Source of the DNA: an uncultured Gammaproteobacteria bacterium
Lineage (GTDB): Bacteria > Patescibacteriota > Microgenomatia > UBA1406 > HO2-37-13b
Assembly (NCBI GenBank): GCA_964422025.1
Contig: CAYQYZ010000001.1
Span: 184,200 to 248,199, forward strand
Direction of reading: 5' to 3'
DNA length: 64,000 nucleotides
Made by a program: the position numbers and the translations under genes
Shown: in pieces, positions 27,991 to 38,572 of the stretch
Layout of the letters: every line of letters starts with the position of its first letter
How positions within the stretch are numbered: the stretch's first letter is position 1
The notes under the pieces: model-generated
Told to the model about the DNA's origin: nothing
Seen by the model: the letters and a program-made list of their open reading frames with translations, nothing else
The model's database searches: none

Positions 27991-28188
27991 ATGGGAAATA
28001 AATTAAAAACTAGAAAATCAGCAAGCAAACGATTTAAAATGACCAAAACGGGTAAAATTTTACATCGTGCGCATGGTGCTCGACATTTAAAGAGCAACAA
28101 ATCAAAAAAAAGACTTCGTCACTTAAAGGCCGTACGTTCAGTACAAGGTATCTTTAAGAAAAAAATTCGACGAATGTTAGGAAAATAA
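27991..28188 (+). CDS. rpmI: 50S ribosomal protein L35
   Basis: KLKTRKSASKRFKMTKTGK. Confidence 0.95.
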   Translation: MGNKLKTRKSASKRFKMTKTGKILHRAHGARHLKSNKSKKRLRHLKAVRSVQGIFKKKIRRMLGK

Positions 28189-28189
28189 T

Positions 28190-28537
28190 ATGGTACGAGT
28201 AAAAGGTGGCGTTAAATCGCACAGAAATCATAAAAAAGTCTTGGACCTTGCAAAAGGGTATCGAATGACCCGTCGCAAACACTTCCGTTCAGCTATGGAA
28301 GCGGTATTGCACGCGGGTGAATATGCCTTTGCTGGTCGAAAAGATCGAAAATCAAATTTCCGCACATTGTGGATTGTTCGTTTGAATAGTGCACTACGCT
28401 CTATGAACACTACCTACAGTGCATTTATTAACAAGCTTAAAGTGAAAAATATTGAGCTTGATCGAAAGGTACTTGCCAAACTTGCCGTTGAAGAACCGGC
28501 CCTGTTTGAAAAGATCGTGGCTGAAGTCAACAAGTAA
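28190..28537 (+). CDS. rplT: 50S ribosomal protein L20
   Basis: RVKGG..AKGY..FRTLWI.RLN..LDRKVLA. Confidence 0.97.
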   Translation: MVRVKGGVKSHRNHKKVLDLAKGYRMTRRKHFRSAMEAVLHAGEYAFAGRKDRKSNFRTLWIVRLNSALRSMNTTYSAFINKLKVKNIELDRKVLAKLAVEEPALFEKIVAEVNK

Positions 28538-28543
28538 CTTTCT

Positions 28544-29596
28544 ATGCCCACCAAAAAAAGCGACATTCTTACGACATTTAGTCAAAAACTCTCCTCTATT
28601 ACCTCACTTTCCACTCTTGAGCAACTCCAAATCGATTATTTAGGTCGTAAGGGACTTGTGAATAAATTGTTTACTGATATGAAGGATGTGAGTGACTCGG
28701 AGAGAGGATCGTATGGGAAGATGGTTAATGAGGTAAAAGATGAAATTACCGCAGTAGTTGAAAATAAGAAAAAAGAACTCACCGACGCTTCACTTAACAA
28801 TGTATGGACCGATGTAACACTTCCAGGCGAGAAGCCTCCTAAAGGGAGCTTACACTTAGTTACGTACGCAATTGAGGAGATTAGTGCAATTTTTGAGCGA
28901 ATCGGCTTTGCTCGCCAGTCATATCCGGAAGTTGAATGGGAATATTTTTCATTTGAAAGTTTAAATATGCCCCCCGGGCACCCAGCCCGAGACGATTTTG
29001 AAACGTTTTTTGTAGAAGCCCCAGCACATGCAAAACACGGTCGAATGGTTCTTACTCCACACACCTCAAATGGCCAAATTCGTGAAATGATGCGTGTTAA
29101 AACACCGCCAATTGCCATGATCAATATTTCCAAAACATACCGCCCTAACTGGGATGTTTCGCATACTCCTATGTTTCATCAGTTCGAAGGACTATGTATT
29201 GATGAGGGAATTACCATTGCGAACTTAAAAGGAACAATCGATTACTTTGCTACTAACTTCTTTGGACCAAACAGAAAAACTCGTTTGCGCCCCTATCATT
29301 TCCAATTTACCGAACCATCATTTGAAGTCGATATTAGTTGTGACATTTGCGATGGAACCGGATTTTTGAAAAAGGATGCAAAATGTAAACTTTGCAAGCA
29401 AGGATGGCTTGAACTTGGAGGAGCCGGCATGGTTCATCCAAATGTTTTGAAAGAAGGGAAAGTTGATACTAATAAATATAGTGGCTTCGCATTCGGTTTT
29501 GGAATTGAACGTGTATACATGATGAAAGGCGGACTAAAACTAGACGATTTGCGAACTATTTATAGCGGCGATATTAGATTTTTAGAACAGTTTTAA
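28544..29596 (+). CDS. pheS: Phenylalanyl-tRNA synthetase alpha subunit
   Basis: HPARD, FHQFEG, FQFTEPS, GFAFGFGIER. Confidence 0.97.
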   Translation: MPTKKSDILTTFSQKLSSITSLSTLEQLQIDYLGRKGLVNKLFTDMKDVSDSERGSYGKMVNEVKDEITAVVENKKKELTDASLNNVWTDVTLPGEKPPKGSLHLVTYAIEEISAIFERIGFARQSYPEVEWEYFSFESLNMPPGHPARDDFETFFVEAPAHAKHGRMVLTPHTSNGQIREMMRVKTPPIAMINISKTYRPNWDVSHTPMFHQFEGLCIDEGITIANLKGTIDYFATNFFGPNRKTRLRPYHFQFTEPSFEVDISCDICDGTGFLKKDAKCKLCKQGWLELGGAGMVHPNVLKEGKVDTNKYSGFAFGFGIERVYMMKGGLKLDDLRTIYSGDIRFLEQF

Positions 29597-29597
29597 T

Positions 29598-31574
29598 ATG
29601 AATATAAAAATTACCCACAATTGGCTGCTTGAATATTTGGATACCGATGCAGATCCATATGAGCTGCAAAAATATCTTTCATTGTGTGGTCCTTCTATTG
29701 AGCGTGTGGAAAAAATTGATGATGATTATTCATTAGATATTGAAGTTACTTCGAATAGAATCGACAGCGCGAGCGTATATGGTATTGCGCAAGAAGCGAG
29801 CGCGATTCTGCCCCAATTTGGAAAAAAAGCAAAACTGAAGTTTAATCCGTTGGAAAAATATACGTTTAAATCTCTTGGTGAACTGACAGGAGAGCTCACC
29901 GCAGAGATTAAACTACTTGATCCTAAACTAGCTTCTCGAGTAACCGCGATCATCCTCTCTAATATAGAAATAGGGAAGTCTCCTGAATTAATCAGTAAGC
30001 GTCTTACCATGTGCGATATAAAATCAATTAATAATGTCGTCGATATTTCCAATTACCTTATGCTTTCATTGGGCCAACCAAATCATACATTTGATTACGA
30101 CAAAATCGTAGATCATAAACTTCACATACGAGAAAGTAAAAAAGGCGAAACAGTAAAAACACTTGATGAAAAAGAAATTATACTTCCGGGTGGCGATATT
30201 GTTATCGAGGACGGATCGGGCAACTTAACTGACTTGGCTGGTATTATGGGCGGCTACGATTCTATGATTTCTGACTCAACAAAAAACGTGCTTCTTTTAC
30301 TAGAAACATACGATCCAAAAAAAATTAGAAAAACTTCTATGACAACAGGGCAAAGAACTATTGCCGCAACCTACTTTGAAAAGGGGCTAGATCCTGAAAG
30401 AATTGAGTCAACATTGGTTTATGGAGTTGGGTTGCTTAAGGAGTATGCATCGGCAACTGTGGATTCAGATGTCATCGATATATACCCGCAGCCTGTAAAA
30501 CCAAAAAACATTACTGTTTCTGTACAAAAAATCAACTCTCTTATTGGAGAACCCGTTGCGGCCAAAAAAATGCAAGAAATTCTTGAAAATATTGGGTTTG
30601 AAACGACTATAAAAGGAGATGCTTTAGATATTCTCATTCCCTCATACCGAATTCGTGACGTAGAAACCTGGCAAGATATTGCCGAAGAAATTGCTCGAAT
30701 TTATGGATACTTTAACATTGTTGGGAAACTACAATCCACTCGAGCGATGAGTGCAGATCAAACACTACAAAAGACTTTTGCCGTTGAACGAAAAGCAAAA
30801 TATTATCTAAAACATACAGGTCTTCAGGAAGCATACAACTACTCAATGATTTCAAAACAAACAATTGATCGAACTAATTATGAAGAAAAAGAATTCTTAA
30901 AATTGAAAAATACAATTTCTGAGAATATTGAATATTTGAAAACTTTACTCCTACCGTCGCTTGTAGAAAACATTGAGCAAAATGAAGGAAAGCGACCAAG
31001 TCTTTCATTTTTTGAAATCGCAAAAACGTACAAAAAAAACGATGGGGAATTGCCGATTGAAAAACGACACCTTGCAATCGCCACTCGAAAATCTTATGCG
31101 CATTTGAAAGGAATTCTCGAAGGGTTATTTGCAGAACTTAATATTACCAACTTTTCATTTGAAGCAGAAAAGGAGAGTCGATTGTTCAATAAGAATTTAG
31201 TTGCAAAAATAAAATTCGGAGACTTATATAACGGCCATATCGGACTAATAGCAGGACAAGCAGATATGTATGGTGTAGAGCTCGACTTTGACCGATTAGT
31301 TTTGGAGGCTAGTTCAATTCCTGCGTATGCTCCAATAAGCACTTATGCAACGATCCGTCTCGATGTAACGTATGTTTCATCACCAAAACTTACATTCAAT
31401 AATATTAAAGATACCGCATTCAAAACAAGCAAATTGCTTAAAGAAGTACACTTACTTGACCGGTATCAAGATAAAGCAACGATTCAGTTCGTTTTCACGA
31501 GTAACAGAGATAATATCACCGAAGAAATTGTAAAAGAAGAACTTGTCAAAATTAAAAAGGGAACAGGAATCTAA
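29598..31574 (+). CDS. pheT: Phenylalanyl-tRNA synthetase beta subunit (short form)
   Basis: TSNRID, NNVVDISNY, R.D...DIAEEIARIYG. Confidence 0.95.
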   Translation: MNIKITHNWLLEYLDTDADPYELQKYLSLCGPSIERVEKIDDDYSLDIEVTSNRIDSASVYGIAQEASAILPQFGKKAKLKFNPLEKYTFKSLGELTGELTAEIKLLDPKLASRVTAIILSNIEIGKSPELISKRLTMCDIKSINNVVDISNYLMLSLGQPNHTFDYDKIVDHKLHIRESKKGETVKTLDEKEIILPGGDIVIEDGSGNLTDLAGIMGGYDSMISDSTKNVLLLLETYDPKKIRKTSMTTGQRTIAATYFEKGLDPERIESTLVYGVGLLKEYASATVDSDVIDIYPQPVKPKNITVSVQKINSLIGEPVAAKKMQEILENIGFETTIKGDALDILIPSYRIRDVETWQDIAEEIARIYGYFNIVGKLQSTRAMSADQTLQKTFAVERKAKYYLKHTGLQEAYNYSMISKQTIDRTNYEEKEFLKLKNTISENIEYLKTLLLPSLVENIEQNEGKRPSLSFFEIAKTYKKNDGELPIEKRHLAIATRKSYAHLKGILEGLFAELNITNFSFEAEKESRLFNKNLVAKIKFGDLYNGHIGLIAGQADMYGVELDFDRLVLEASSIPAYAPISTYATIRLDVTYVSSPKLTFNNIKDTAFKTSKLLKEVHLLDRYQDKATIQFVFTSNRDNITEEIVKEELVKIKKGTGI

Positions 31575-34118
31575 CTACGGAGTAGGTGTCACTTCATCCC
31601 AATTTTTCTTTATCCCAATCTTTAAAGTAGAATCTGTAGAACTTCCTTTTGAATTGCTCGAAAATACTTTTATCTCATACACACCATCTGGCAAATTTAA
31701 TGTCTCATCAATATCTCGTTGATCATCGGTAAACGTTTTTTTTACCGTTCCATTAACTATGATTTCGGTCTTTTCAACTCTATCAAGCGACGTAATTTTT
31801 GCTCTAACTCGGACATCATTTGACTCTAGTCGACAATGATCACATGGTTCTTTTATTGATACGACAATCTTTCCTGAATTAGAATCAGAAGTATCGGTTG
31901 GTGGTTTGAATTTGCCATCCGATTGTTCATTTCTCCATTCATTTATCGCTTCCTGCCAACGATTTTTTCCGTCTGTGGAAACTGGATCATTTTCGGTAAT
32001 AACAATAAAGTCTTTTTCTTCATAATCACCCATCTTTACTTCCAGCTCATTAGCAATTTTTCCGGTACTTTTTGATATTTTCAGTTTTTTGTAATATGGC
32101 GAAGTATCCTTGGGTTCGGTTCCTTTTATAAAATATTCCGATCGTTGCGGCTGTCCATCTTTAGGCAATCCTCCTAAAAATGCATCAATCTGTAGCGACG
32201 TAACATCATCGGGAACTTCCATAATGCCATTTGGATATTTACCTAATAACGAGGTCATAATTTTGCTCCAAATAGGCGACGCTCCCGTAACGCCTGAAGC
32301 AATTTTGGAATTCATGGGCGAATTATCATTATTTCCAACCCACACACCCACCGTTACTCCTTTGGTGTATCCAACGGTCCAGTTATCGCGCTTATCATTT
32401 GTAGTACCTGTTTTAACTGCAACAGTTTTTCCGGGAATATTCAAAAAACTTCGACCTCCAAAAGCATCTATACGAGCATTGTTATCGGAAAGAATATGGG
32501 AAATTAGAAACGCAGCTCCGGTTGAAAGAACACGTCGTTCATTTTCATCTTTGTTTCGATACAATACTTTTCCACGCGAATCCTTCACTTGCAAAATCGA
32601 TGAATAATCGCGAGCAACTCCTTCACGAGCAAAAACAGAGTATGCACTGGTCAAATCGAGCAGTCGAGTCTCTCCACCACCTAAGGTAATGGCGAGTCCA
32701 AATCGATTCATATTTGCAGTCGTTGGTTCAAATTGTGAAAGTCCCATGTCGTATGATTTCTGCAAGAAATCTTTCACTCCAACCATAGCAACCAGCTTCA
32801 CAGCTGGAACATTGTACGAATTGCCGAGTGCAAAACGAAGCTGCGTTGGACCACGGAATTTTCCGTCATAATTTACCGGGACATACTCTTTCCCACCCTG
32901 ATCAGGGAATACGGTTTTCACATCCATAAGCACCGTTGACGGCGTGTAACCTTTTTCAAACGCAGTAGCGTAGGTCACCGGCTTAATTGCCGAACCCGGT
33001 TGACGAAGCGCGGTAGCTGTATTAAATCGTCCATATTCGTTATCGTTATAATCGTACGAACCCACCATCGACAAAATCTCATTTGTTTCAGAATCCAAAA
33101 CTACGGCAGCACCATTAGTAGCATTTAACGATTTAATCTTCTCAATTTCTTCTTTAACAATCTTTTCGGCATTTGCTTGTACATCAAGTGAGAGCGTTGT
33201 TTTTATTGCCAAACCTTGATCTAGAATTTTATCGCCAAACATTTTGGCCAATTGGTCGCGAACGTAAAACACAAAATGCGGAGCAGGGAATGCAACGTGC
33301 GGGGCAGTAAACTTCATATTATTAAGCTGAATTAAACTATCTAGTTCTTGCTTTTTAGTAATATATCCGTCTTCACGCATTCGGCGAAGTACCGCTTTTG
33401 TTCGGGGAATATACGCACCTTCAACTCCAATAAATGGAGAATATACACTTGGCAACTGGGGTAGACCAGCTAAAAATGCCGATTCTGTTAGATTCAGCTT
33501 ACTGGTATCTTTTCCGAAATATCCTTGGGCCGCGGCTTCAACTCCCCAAAAACTTCCTCCATACGGAGCTTCGTTCATGTACATTTGCAGAATTTCGTCT
33601 TTGGTATAGCGACGTTCAATTTCAATTGAGAGTACTAGTTCTTTAATTTTTCGTGATAATGTTCGCTCGGATGTTAGGAGTACATTCTTTACCAATTGTT
33701 GTGTAAGTGTCGATCCTCCCTCAGTTCGTCTCAGAACGACGGTGTTGAATACTGCACGCAACAATCCCCGAGTGGAGTATCCACTATGCGTGTAAAATTC
33801 GCGGTCTTCAATGGCAACCGTTGCATTCTTCAAATCTTTTGAAACGTTTTTTATATCAACCGGAATTCTATTTTTATCTTTATACATCTGATAAATAATC
33901 TTGTCTTCACGATCATAAAACGTTGTTGCGTTTCCACTAGAATCTTTCAATTTATTCGGAGAAGGAAGATCAGCTGAAAAGTATGCGAAGATTAAAAATG
34001 CAAGAAAAAAAAGACCCACAATGGCACCAATTCCCAGGTATACAAGCTTGAGCGATAAATTCTGAGTCCTAAAAATCCCACCCCCCCTGCGCAATCGTCG
34101 TTTAAAAGCCAATTTCAT
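31575..34118 (-). CDS. Class A penicillin-binding protein (transglycosylase-transpeptidase) with C-terminal Ig-like domain
   Basis: EDREF..H, GGSTLTQQ, RK.KE; S..K (GSAIK), SYN, KTGT. Confidence 0.95.
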   Translation of the reverse strand: MKLAFKRRLRRGGGIFRTQNLSLKLVYLGIGAIVGLFFLAFLIFAYFSADLPSPNKLKDSSGNATTFYDREDKIIYQMYKDKNRIPVDIKNVSKDLKNATVAIEDREFYTHSGYSTRGLLRAVFNTVVLRRTEGGSTLTQQLVKNVLLTSERTLSRKIKELVLSIEIERRYTKDEILQMYMNEAPYGGSFWGVEAAAQGYFGKDTSKLNLTESAFLAGLPQLPSVYSPFIGVEGAYIPRTKAVLRRMREDGYITKKQELDSLIQLNNMKFTAPHVAFPAPHFVFYVRDQLAKMFGDKILDQGLAIKTTLSLDVQANAEKIVKEEIEKIKSLNATNGAAVVLDSETNEILSMVGSYDYNDNEYGRFNTATALRQPGSAIKPVTYATAFEKGYTPSTVLMDVKTVFPDQGGKEYVPVNYDGKFRGPTQLRFALGNSYNVPAVKLVAMVGVKDFLQKSYDMGLSQFEPTTANMNRFGLAITLGGGETRLLDLTSAYSVFAREGVARDYSSILQVKDSRGKVLYRNKDENERRVLSTGAAFLISHILSDNNARIDAFGGRSFLNIPGKTVAVKTGTTNDKRDNWTVGYTKGVTVGVWVGNNDNSPMNSKIASGVTGASPIWSKIMTSLLGKYPNGIMEVPDDVTSLQIDAFLGGLPKDGQPQRSEYFIKGTEPKDTSPYYKKLKISKSTGKIANELEVKMGDYEEKDFIVITENDPVSTDGKNRWQEAINEWRNEQSDGKFKPPTDTSDSNSGKIVVSIKEPCDHCRLESNDVRVRAKITSLDRVEKTEIIVNGTVKKTFTDDQRDIDETLNLPDGVYEIKVFSSNSKGSSTDSTLKIGIKKNWDEVTPTP

Positions 34119-34204
34119 AGTATCATTATACTAGAAATGAAAATAATGTCCAAATGAGTGGTATTAAGAGTTCAGTTCCATGATAAATAACGTATAATAG
34201 TTCT

Positions 34205-34312
34205 ATGAAACTCCGTGAAAAAATTAATGTGCAGATTATTTGGAAAATAATTGTTGTTATCGCTTCGCTCTTGCTGGTGCTTTCATCAATCTTTCCCCTT
34301 TTTATACAGTAA
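34205..34312 (+). CDS. Unannotated 35-aa single-TM small protein MKLREKINVQIIWKIIVVIASLLLVLSSIFPLFIQ
   Basis: Manual translation; TATAAT 6 nt upstream; basic N-terminus plus TM helix; ends 8 nt before recG. Confidence 0.65.
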   Translation: MKLREKINVQIIWKIIVVIASLLLVLSSIFPLFIQ

Positions 34313-34320
34313 AATAGGGC

Positions 34321-36393
34321 ATGGATATTGATAGCCCGATTTCAACGCTTCCTCGAACATCTTCACTTACGATTCAAAAATTTAAGTCGCTTGAAATACT
34401 TTCCATCGCTGATTTACTAAACTACTTTCCAACTCGTTATGAGGATTACTCTCTTATTGCACCAATTAAAGACTTGGGGAAATATTTTACGCTTGAAGGC
34501 GAAAAAAAACAGAAAATAACGATTGTTGGAACCGTCGATTCTATGAAAAATGTATTTACTCGACGCGGGTTCAAATTACAAACAGCAGCAATCTCTGACA
34601 ATACCGGGAGCGTTGAGATTGTATGGTTTAATCAATATTATTTAATAAATCTTATTAAAGCTGGGCAAAAGATCTCACTTTCCGGAACGGTAAAGCCCGA
34701 TAAGCGAGGATACACGCTACAAGTTGAAGAATTTGAAATTTTAGATGGAATCAAAGAATCTATTCACAGCGGACGATTGGTTCCTATATATTCTGAAAAA
34801 GTGGGGCTTTCTAATAAAACGATCCGAGAAAAAATATATTCGGTTTTAGGTGAATTGCAAAATACCGATGCATCGATTGTTCCTGATACAGTCGCTACGA
34901 GTGTAGATCTTATGGGTGCTGCTGCGGCGTATAGGGCAATCCACTTTCCGCTAAACGAAGCGGTGGCACAAAAAGCTCGAGCACGACTCTCATTCGACGA
35001 ACTTTTCGTTATGCAACTGGCTTCTCGAATTATTCGAAATAAATGGCATGAAAAGAAAGTTAGCAAAGTTATCACTCTAAAAGAGAGTGATGAGAAAAAA
35101 TTGAACAGTTTTATCGCCTCGTTGCCATTTACCCTCACAGGAGCTCAAGTTCGCTCATTTGAAGAGATTAAAACAGATATATTAAAGCCCTATCCAATGA
35201 ATCGACTGCTGCAGGGTGACGTGGGAAGCGGAAAGACGGTTATTGGCGCACTGGCTGCATATGTAGTTGCTCTGAATGGCTACAAAACACTCTTTATGGC
35301 ACCAACGGAAGTTTTAGCACTGCAACATTTTGAGACAATTCAAAAGTTATTTAAGGAGCATGACTCTATTAAGACCGCGGTTTACACCGGCTCACATAAG
35401 TCATCCGCTGAGGAGCTTGAAAGTGCCTCAATTATCGTAGGAACCCATGCTCTCATAAGTTCCAAATTCCAAACAGAAAATGTGGGGCTGATTATCGTCG
35501 ATGAACAACATAAATTTGGTGTTGCCCAACGCCAGGAATTAAAAAGCAAATCTGCCCGTCCACACCTCCTCTCCATGACCGCAACTCCGATTCCTCGAAC
35601 AGTTAGTCTAACACTCTATGGAGAGCTAGATATTTCGATCATTGATGAACTTCCCAAAGGGCGGCTTGCTATAAAATCGCATGTTGTCCCTCCTACAAAG
35701 AGAGCGGATGGGTATAAGTGGATTGTTGAAGAAATCAAAAAACATAAAACGCAGGTATTTATTGTATGCCCACTTATCGATGAGTCAGAGAGTGAGACAA
35801 TGAAAGAAGTAAAAGCGGTAAAAGCAGAATTTGACATGCTTTCAAAAGGTCCGCTGAAAAAGGTGTCACTCTCACTACTTCACGGACGATTGAGCTCAAA
35901 GGAGAAAGAATCTGTTATGAATGAATTTGCTGCTGGCAAAACGGATGTGCTCGTCTCTACACCTGTTGTCGAGGTCGGAGTAGACATTCCCAATGCTACA
36001 ATTATGATAGTCGAGGCTGCTGAGCGTTTTGGATTGTCGCAACTTCACCAACTCCGGGGGCGGGTAGGACGAGGAGATAAGCAATCCTACTGTTTCTTAT
36101 TCACGGAAAAAACAGATGAAGAAATTATTAAACGTCTTCAATTTTTTGCAAAAACAAGTAATGGATTTGAATTAGCAGAGTACGATTTAAAGCACCGAGG
36201 AAGTGGCGATATTTTTGGGCTCAAACAACATGGACTTTCCAAACTCCGCATTGCTTCCTTTAATGATCTACCTATGGTAAAACTTAGCGGACAAGCTGCA
36301 AATAATTTTATGAAAGAATTTGACGTAGTAAAATTTCCTAAACTGTTCAAAAAAGTTGAACAGTTTGAAATTGAAAAAATTGCAAATGACTAA
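34321..36393 (+). CDS. recG: ATP-dependent DNA helicase RecG
   Basis: QGDVGSGKT, DEQH, TATPIPRT, QLRGRVGR. Confidence 0.96.
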   Translation: MDIDSPISTLPRTSSLTIQKFKSLEILSIADLLNYFPTRYEDYSLIAPIKDLGKYFTLEGEKKQKITIVGTVDSMKNVFTRRGFKLQTAAISDNTGSVEIVWFNQYYLINLIKAGQKISLSGTVKPDKRGYTLQVEEFEILDGIKESIHSGRLVPIYSEKVGLSNKTIREKIYSVLGELQNTDASIVPDTVATSVDLMGAAAAYRAIHFPLNEAVAQKARARLSFDELFVMQLASRIIRNKWHEKKVSKVITLKESDEKKLNSFIASLPFTLTGAQVRSFEEIKTDILKPYPMNRLLQGDVGSGKTVIGALAAYVVALNGYKTLFMAPTEVLALQHFETIQKLFKEHDSIKTAVYTGSHKSSAEELESASIIVGTHALISSKFQTENVGLIIVDEQHKFGVAQRQELKSKSARPHLLSMTATPIPRTVSLTLYGELDISIIDELPKGRLAIKSHVVPPTKRADGYKWIVEEIKKHKTQVFIVCPLIDESESETMKEVKAVKAEFDMLSKGPLKKVSLSLLHGRLSSKEKESVMNEFAAGKTDVLVSTPVVEVGVDIPNATIMIVEAAERFGLSQLHQLRGRVGRGDKQSYCFLFTEKTDEEIIKRLQFFAKTSNGFELAEYDLKHRGSGDIFGLKQHGLSKLRIASFNDLPMVKLSGQAANNFMKEFDVVKFPKLFKKVEQFEIEKIAND

Positions 36394-36394
36394 T

Positions 36395-37084
36395 ATGACA
36401 ATAATTGATGAATTGAAAAAAACAGGAAATCCGGAAAAAGCTCTCCATCACGCCCGATTTTTTAAAACTGGAAAAGGAGAATACGGAGAAGGTGATATTT
36501 TCTGGGGAGTAAATGTTCCGACACAACATGCAATTGCAAAGAAATACGTAAACTTACCTCTCGAGGAAATTCAAGAGCTTATTAATAGTCCTGTCCATGA
36601 ATGTCGACTAACGGGACTCCTAATCCTTGTAAATAAATTCAAGAAAGCAGATGAAAAACTCCGAAAGGATCTCCATACCTTCTATATGAACCATTCCAAG
36701 AAGATAAACAACTGGGATCTAGTCGACTCTTCGGCTGAGGAGCTGGTAGGGGAGTACTTGCTAGATAAGGATACTGGGGTATTAGAGAAATATGCACTCT
36801 CCGATAACCTCTGGCAACGTCGCATCGCTATAATAGCGACCTACGCCTTCATTAAGAAAGGTCGTTTTGACGAAACAATAAAGATTGCCACCATCCTCCT
36901 CCACGATCATCACGATCTTATTCACAAAGCTGTCGGCTGGATGTTGCGCGAAGCAGGAAAACGTGATCAGACAGTTCTTATTAGCTTACTCGACAAACAC
37001 TCCAAAACCATGCCCCGAACTATGTTGCGGTACGCGATTGAGAAGCTTGACACACCAATTAGGAAACAATATATGACTCGGTAA
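36395..37084 (+). CDS. AlkD-family DNA alkylation repair protein
   Basis: FFKTG.GEYGEGD, NNWDLVD, KAVGWMLRE, RYAIE; start 36386 or 36395. Confidence 0.88.
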   Translation: MTIIDELKKTGNPEKALHHARFFKTGKGEYGEGDIFWGVNVPTQHAIAKKYVNLPLEEIQELINSPVHECRLTGLLILVNKFKKADEKLRKDLHTFYMNHSKKINNWDLVDSSAEELVGEYLLDKDTGVLEKYALSDNLWQRRIAIIATYAFIKKGRFDETIKIATILLHDHHDLIHKAVGWMLREAGKRDQTVLISLLDKHSKTMPRTMLRYAIEKLDTPIRKQYMTR

Positions 37085-37127
37085 TACAATTATTGTAAAA
37101 ACGGGGGTTTTAGTGTAAAATACTCAT

Positions 37128-37277
37128 ATGGCACCACTTCCAAAAAGAAAACATTCAACCGCACGCAAAGGCAAGCGCATGATCGCTCGCAAAACTGCTA
37201 TGCCACAGCTTACCAACTGTGAACATTGCGACGCACCTAAAATTCCCCATCGTGTTTGTAAAAAATGCGGTAAATAG
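37128..37277 (+). CDS. rpmF: 50S ribosomal protein L32 (zinc-binding form)
   Basis: Manual translation MAPLPKRKHSTARKGKR..CEHC..PHRVCKKCGK; below the ORF-track cutoff. Confidence 0.93.
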   Translation: MAPLPKRKHSTARKGKRMIARKTAMPQLTNCEHCDAPKIPHRVCKKCGK

Positions 37278-37278
37278 T

Positions 37279-37638
37279 ATGGATAGACGCCACGAAATAC
37301 GCGTTTCGATTGTTCAACAACTATATTCTCTGAAATTTGCACCCCTTGACTCAAGTGACTCCGTAGACGTAAAAGTTCGAACAATCCTAAAAGTTGCTGA
37401 TGAAATTAACAAACTTATTACCGATGCAGCACCAAAATTCCCATTGGAAAAAATTTCAAGAGTCGATTTAAGCATTTTGCAAATGGCAATTTACGAACTC
37501 GTGTTTGAAAAGAAAACCCCACCCAAAGTTATTATTAATGAAGCAATTGAGCTAGCTCACGAAATGGGCAGTGAAAAAACACCCGGGTTTATAAACGCTG
37601 TTTTAGGTAAAATATTTGCAGACTATGAAGGACATTAA
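37279..37638 (+). CDS. nusB: Transcription antitermination factor NusB
   Basis: R...R, D.SIL..A.YE, PKV.INEAIELA, FINAVL. Confidence 0.9.
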   Translation: MDRRHEIRVSIVQQLYSLKFAPLDSSDSVDVKVRTILKVADEINKLITDAAPKFPLEKISRVDLSILQMAIYELVFEKKTPPKVIINEAIELAHEMGSEKTPGFINAVLGKIFADYEGH

Positions 37639-38311
37639 ATCACTCGAAGATAAAATTGGCATTCAATTCAAAGACGAAGAGCTTCTGCGAAGTGCGTTTG
37701 TTCACCGTTCATATTTAAATGAGAATAAAGATTTCAAATTTCCTTCTAATGAAAAGTTGGAATTTTTAGGCGACAGTGTTTTGTCACTTATTACCTCAAT
37801 CTACCTTTTTCGAAAATATCCAACACTTCAAGAAGGCGACTATACCGACATAAAGGCTTCGATTGTAAAAACAGAAAGTCTATTTGAAGCTGCCACCAAG
37901 CTCTCATTAGGAGACTACTTATATCTTTCCAAAGGAGAAGATGACAATAACGGCCGTGAAAGTACTTCAATTCTAGCTGATTGTTTTGAAGCTGTTCTGG
38001 CAACGATCTTTTTAGATCAAGGCTTTGATGTTGCTTATTCCTTTGTTGTTACATTCCTATTTATGGATAAACTCGGCAACATTGTCGAGAGCAAAGAGTA
38101 TTTGTCCGCAAAAAATCGATTGCAAGAATATTGGCAAGAAAAATATAAAACGCTTCCCGTTTACAAACTCATCGTCGAAGAAGGTCCTGAACATCATAAA
38201 AGCTACACAATTGGCGTCTATCACAAAGGAAAATTGCTCGGCCAAGGCAAAGGATGGTCTAAAAAGTCCGCAGAAGAAAAAGCTGCAAAAGATGCATTAA
38301 AAAGTTTGTAA
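37625..38311 (+). CDS. rnc: Ribonuclease III
   Basis: NEKLEFLGDSVL, AD.FEA, C-terminal dsRBD. Confidence 0.96.
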   Translation: MKDIKSLEDKIGIQFKDEELLRSAFVHRSYLNENKDFKFPSNEKLEFLGDSVLSLITSIYLFRKYPTLQEGDYTDIKASIVKTESLFEAATKLSLGDYLYLSKGEDDNNGRESTSILADCFEAVLATIFLDQGFDVAYSFVVTFLFMDKLGNIVESKEYLSAKNRLQEYWQEKYKTLPVYKLIVEEGPEHHKSYTIGVYHKGKLLGQGKGWSKKSAEEKAAKDALKSL

Positions 38312-38331
38312 GTATGATATAATAAACCTAT

Positions 38332-38571
38332 ATGGCACTGAAAATCAAATTATTTCGAGTCGGAAAACGCAACGATCCAAAATACCGGATTGTTATTTCT
38401 GAACAACACAACAAACGCGAAGGCAAATATATTGACAATATTGGTCATTATGATCCTATTGCTCAACCGCATGTTTTGAAAGTTGACGATGAAAAATTAA
38501 AAAGCTGGATTGCAAAAGGAGCAACATTTACCGAAGGAACTAATAAACTGTTAGGTAAATCTGTTAAATAA
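38332..38571 (+). CDS. rpsP: 30S ribosomal protein S16
   Basis: KIKL.R.G...P.YRIV..G.YDP. Confidence 0.95.
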   Translation: MALKIKLFRVGKRNDPKYRIVISEQHNKREGKYIDNIGHYDPIAQPHVLKVDDEKLKSWIAKGATFTEGTNKLLGKSVK

Positions 38572-38572
38572 T

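Noticed and set aside
22303-31574. Short tig and pheT as pseudogenes
   Set aside because: Uninterrupted frames; loss of the FKBP domain and a shortened PheT are known streamlined forms.
37124-37384. 86-aa minus-strand ORF and the 37219 start for nusB
   Set aside because: Shadows of rpmF (37128-37277); NusB homology starts at 37279.
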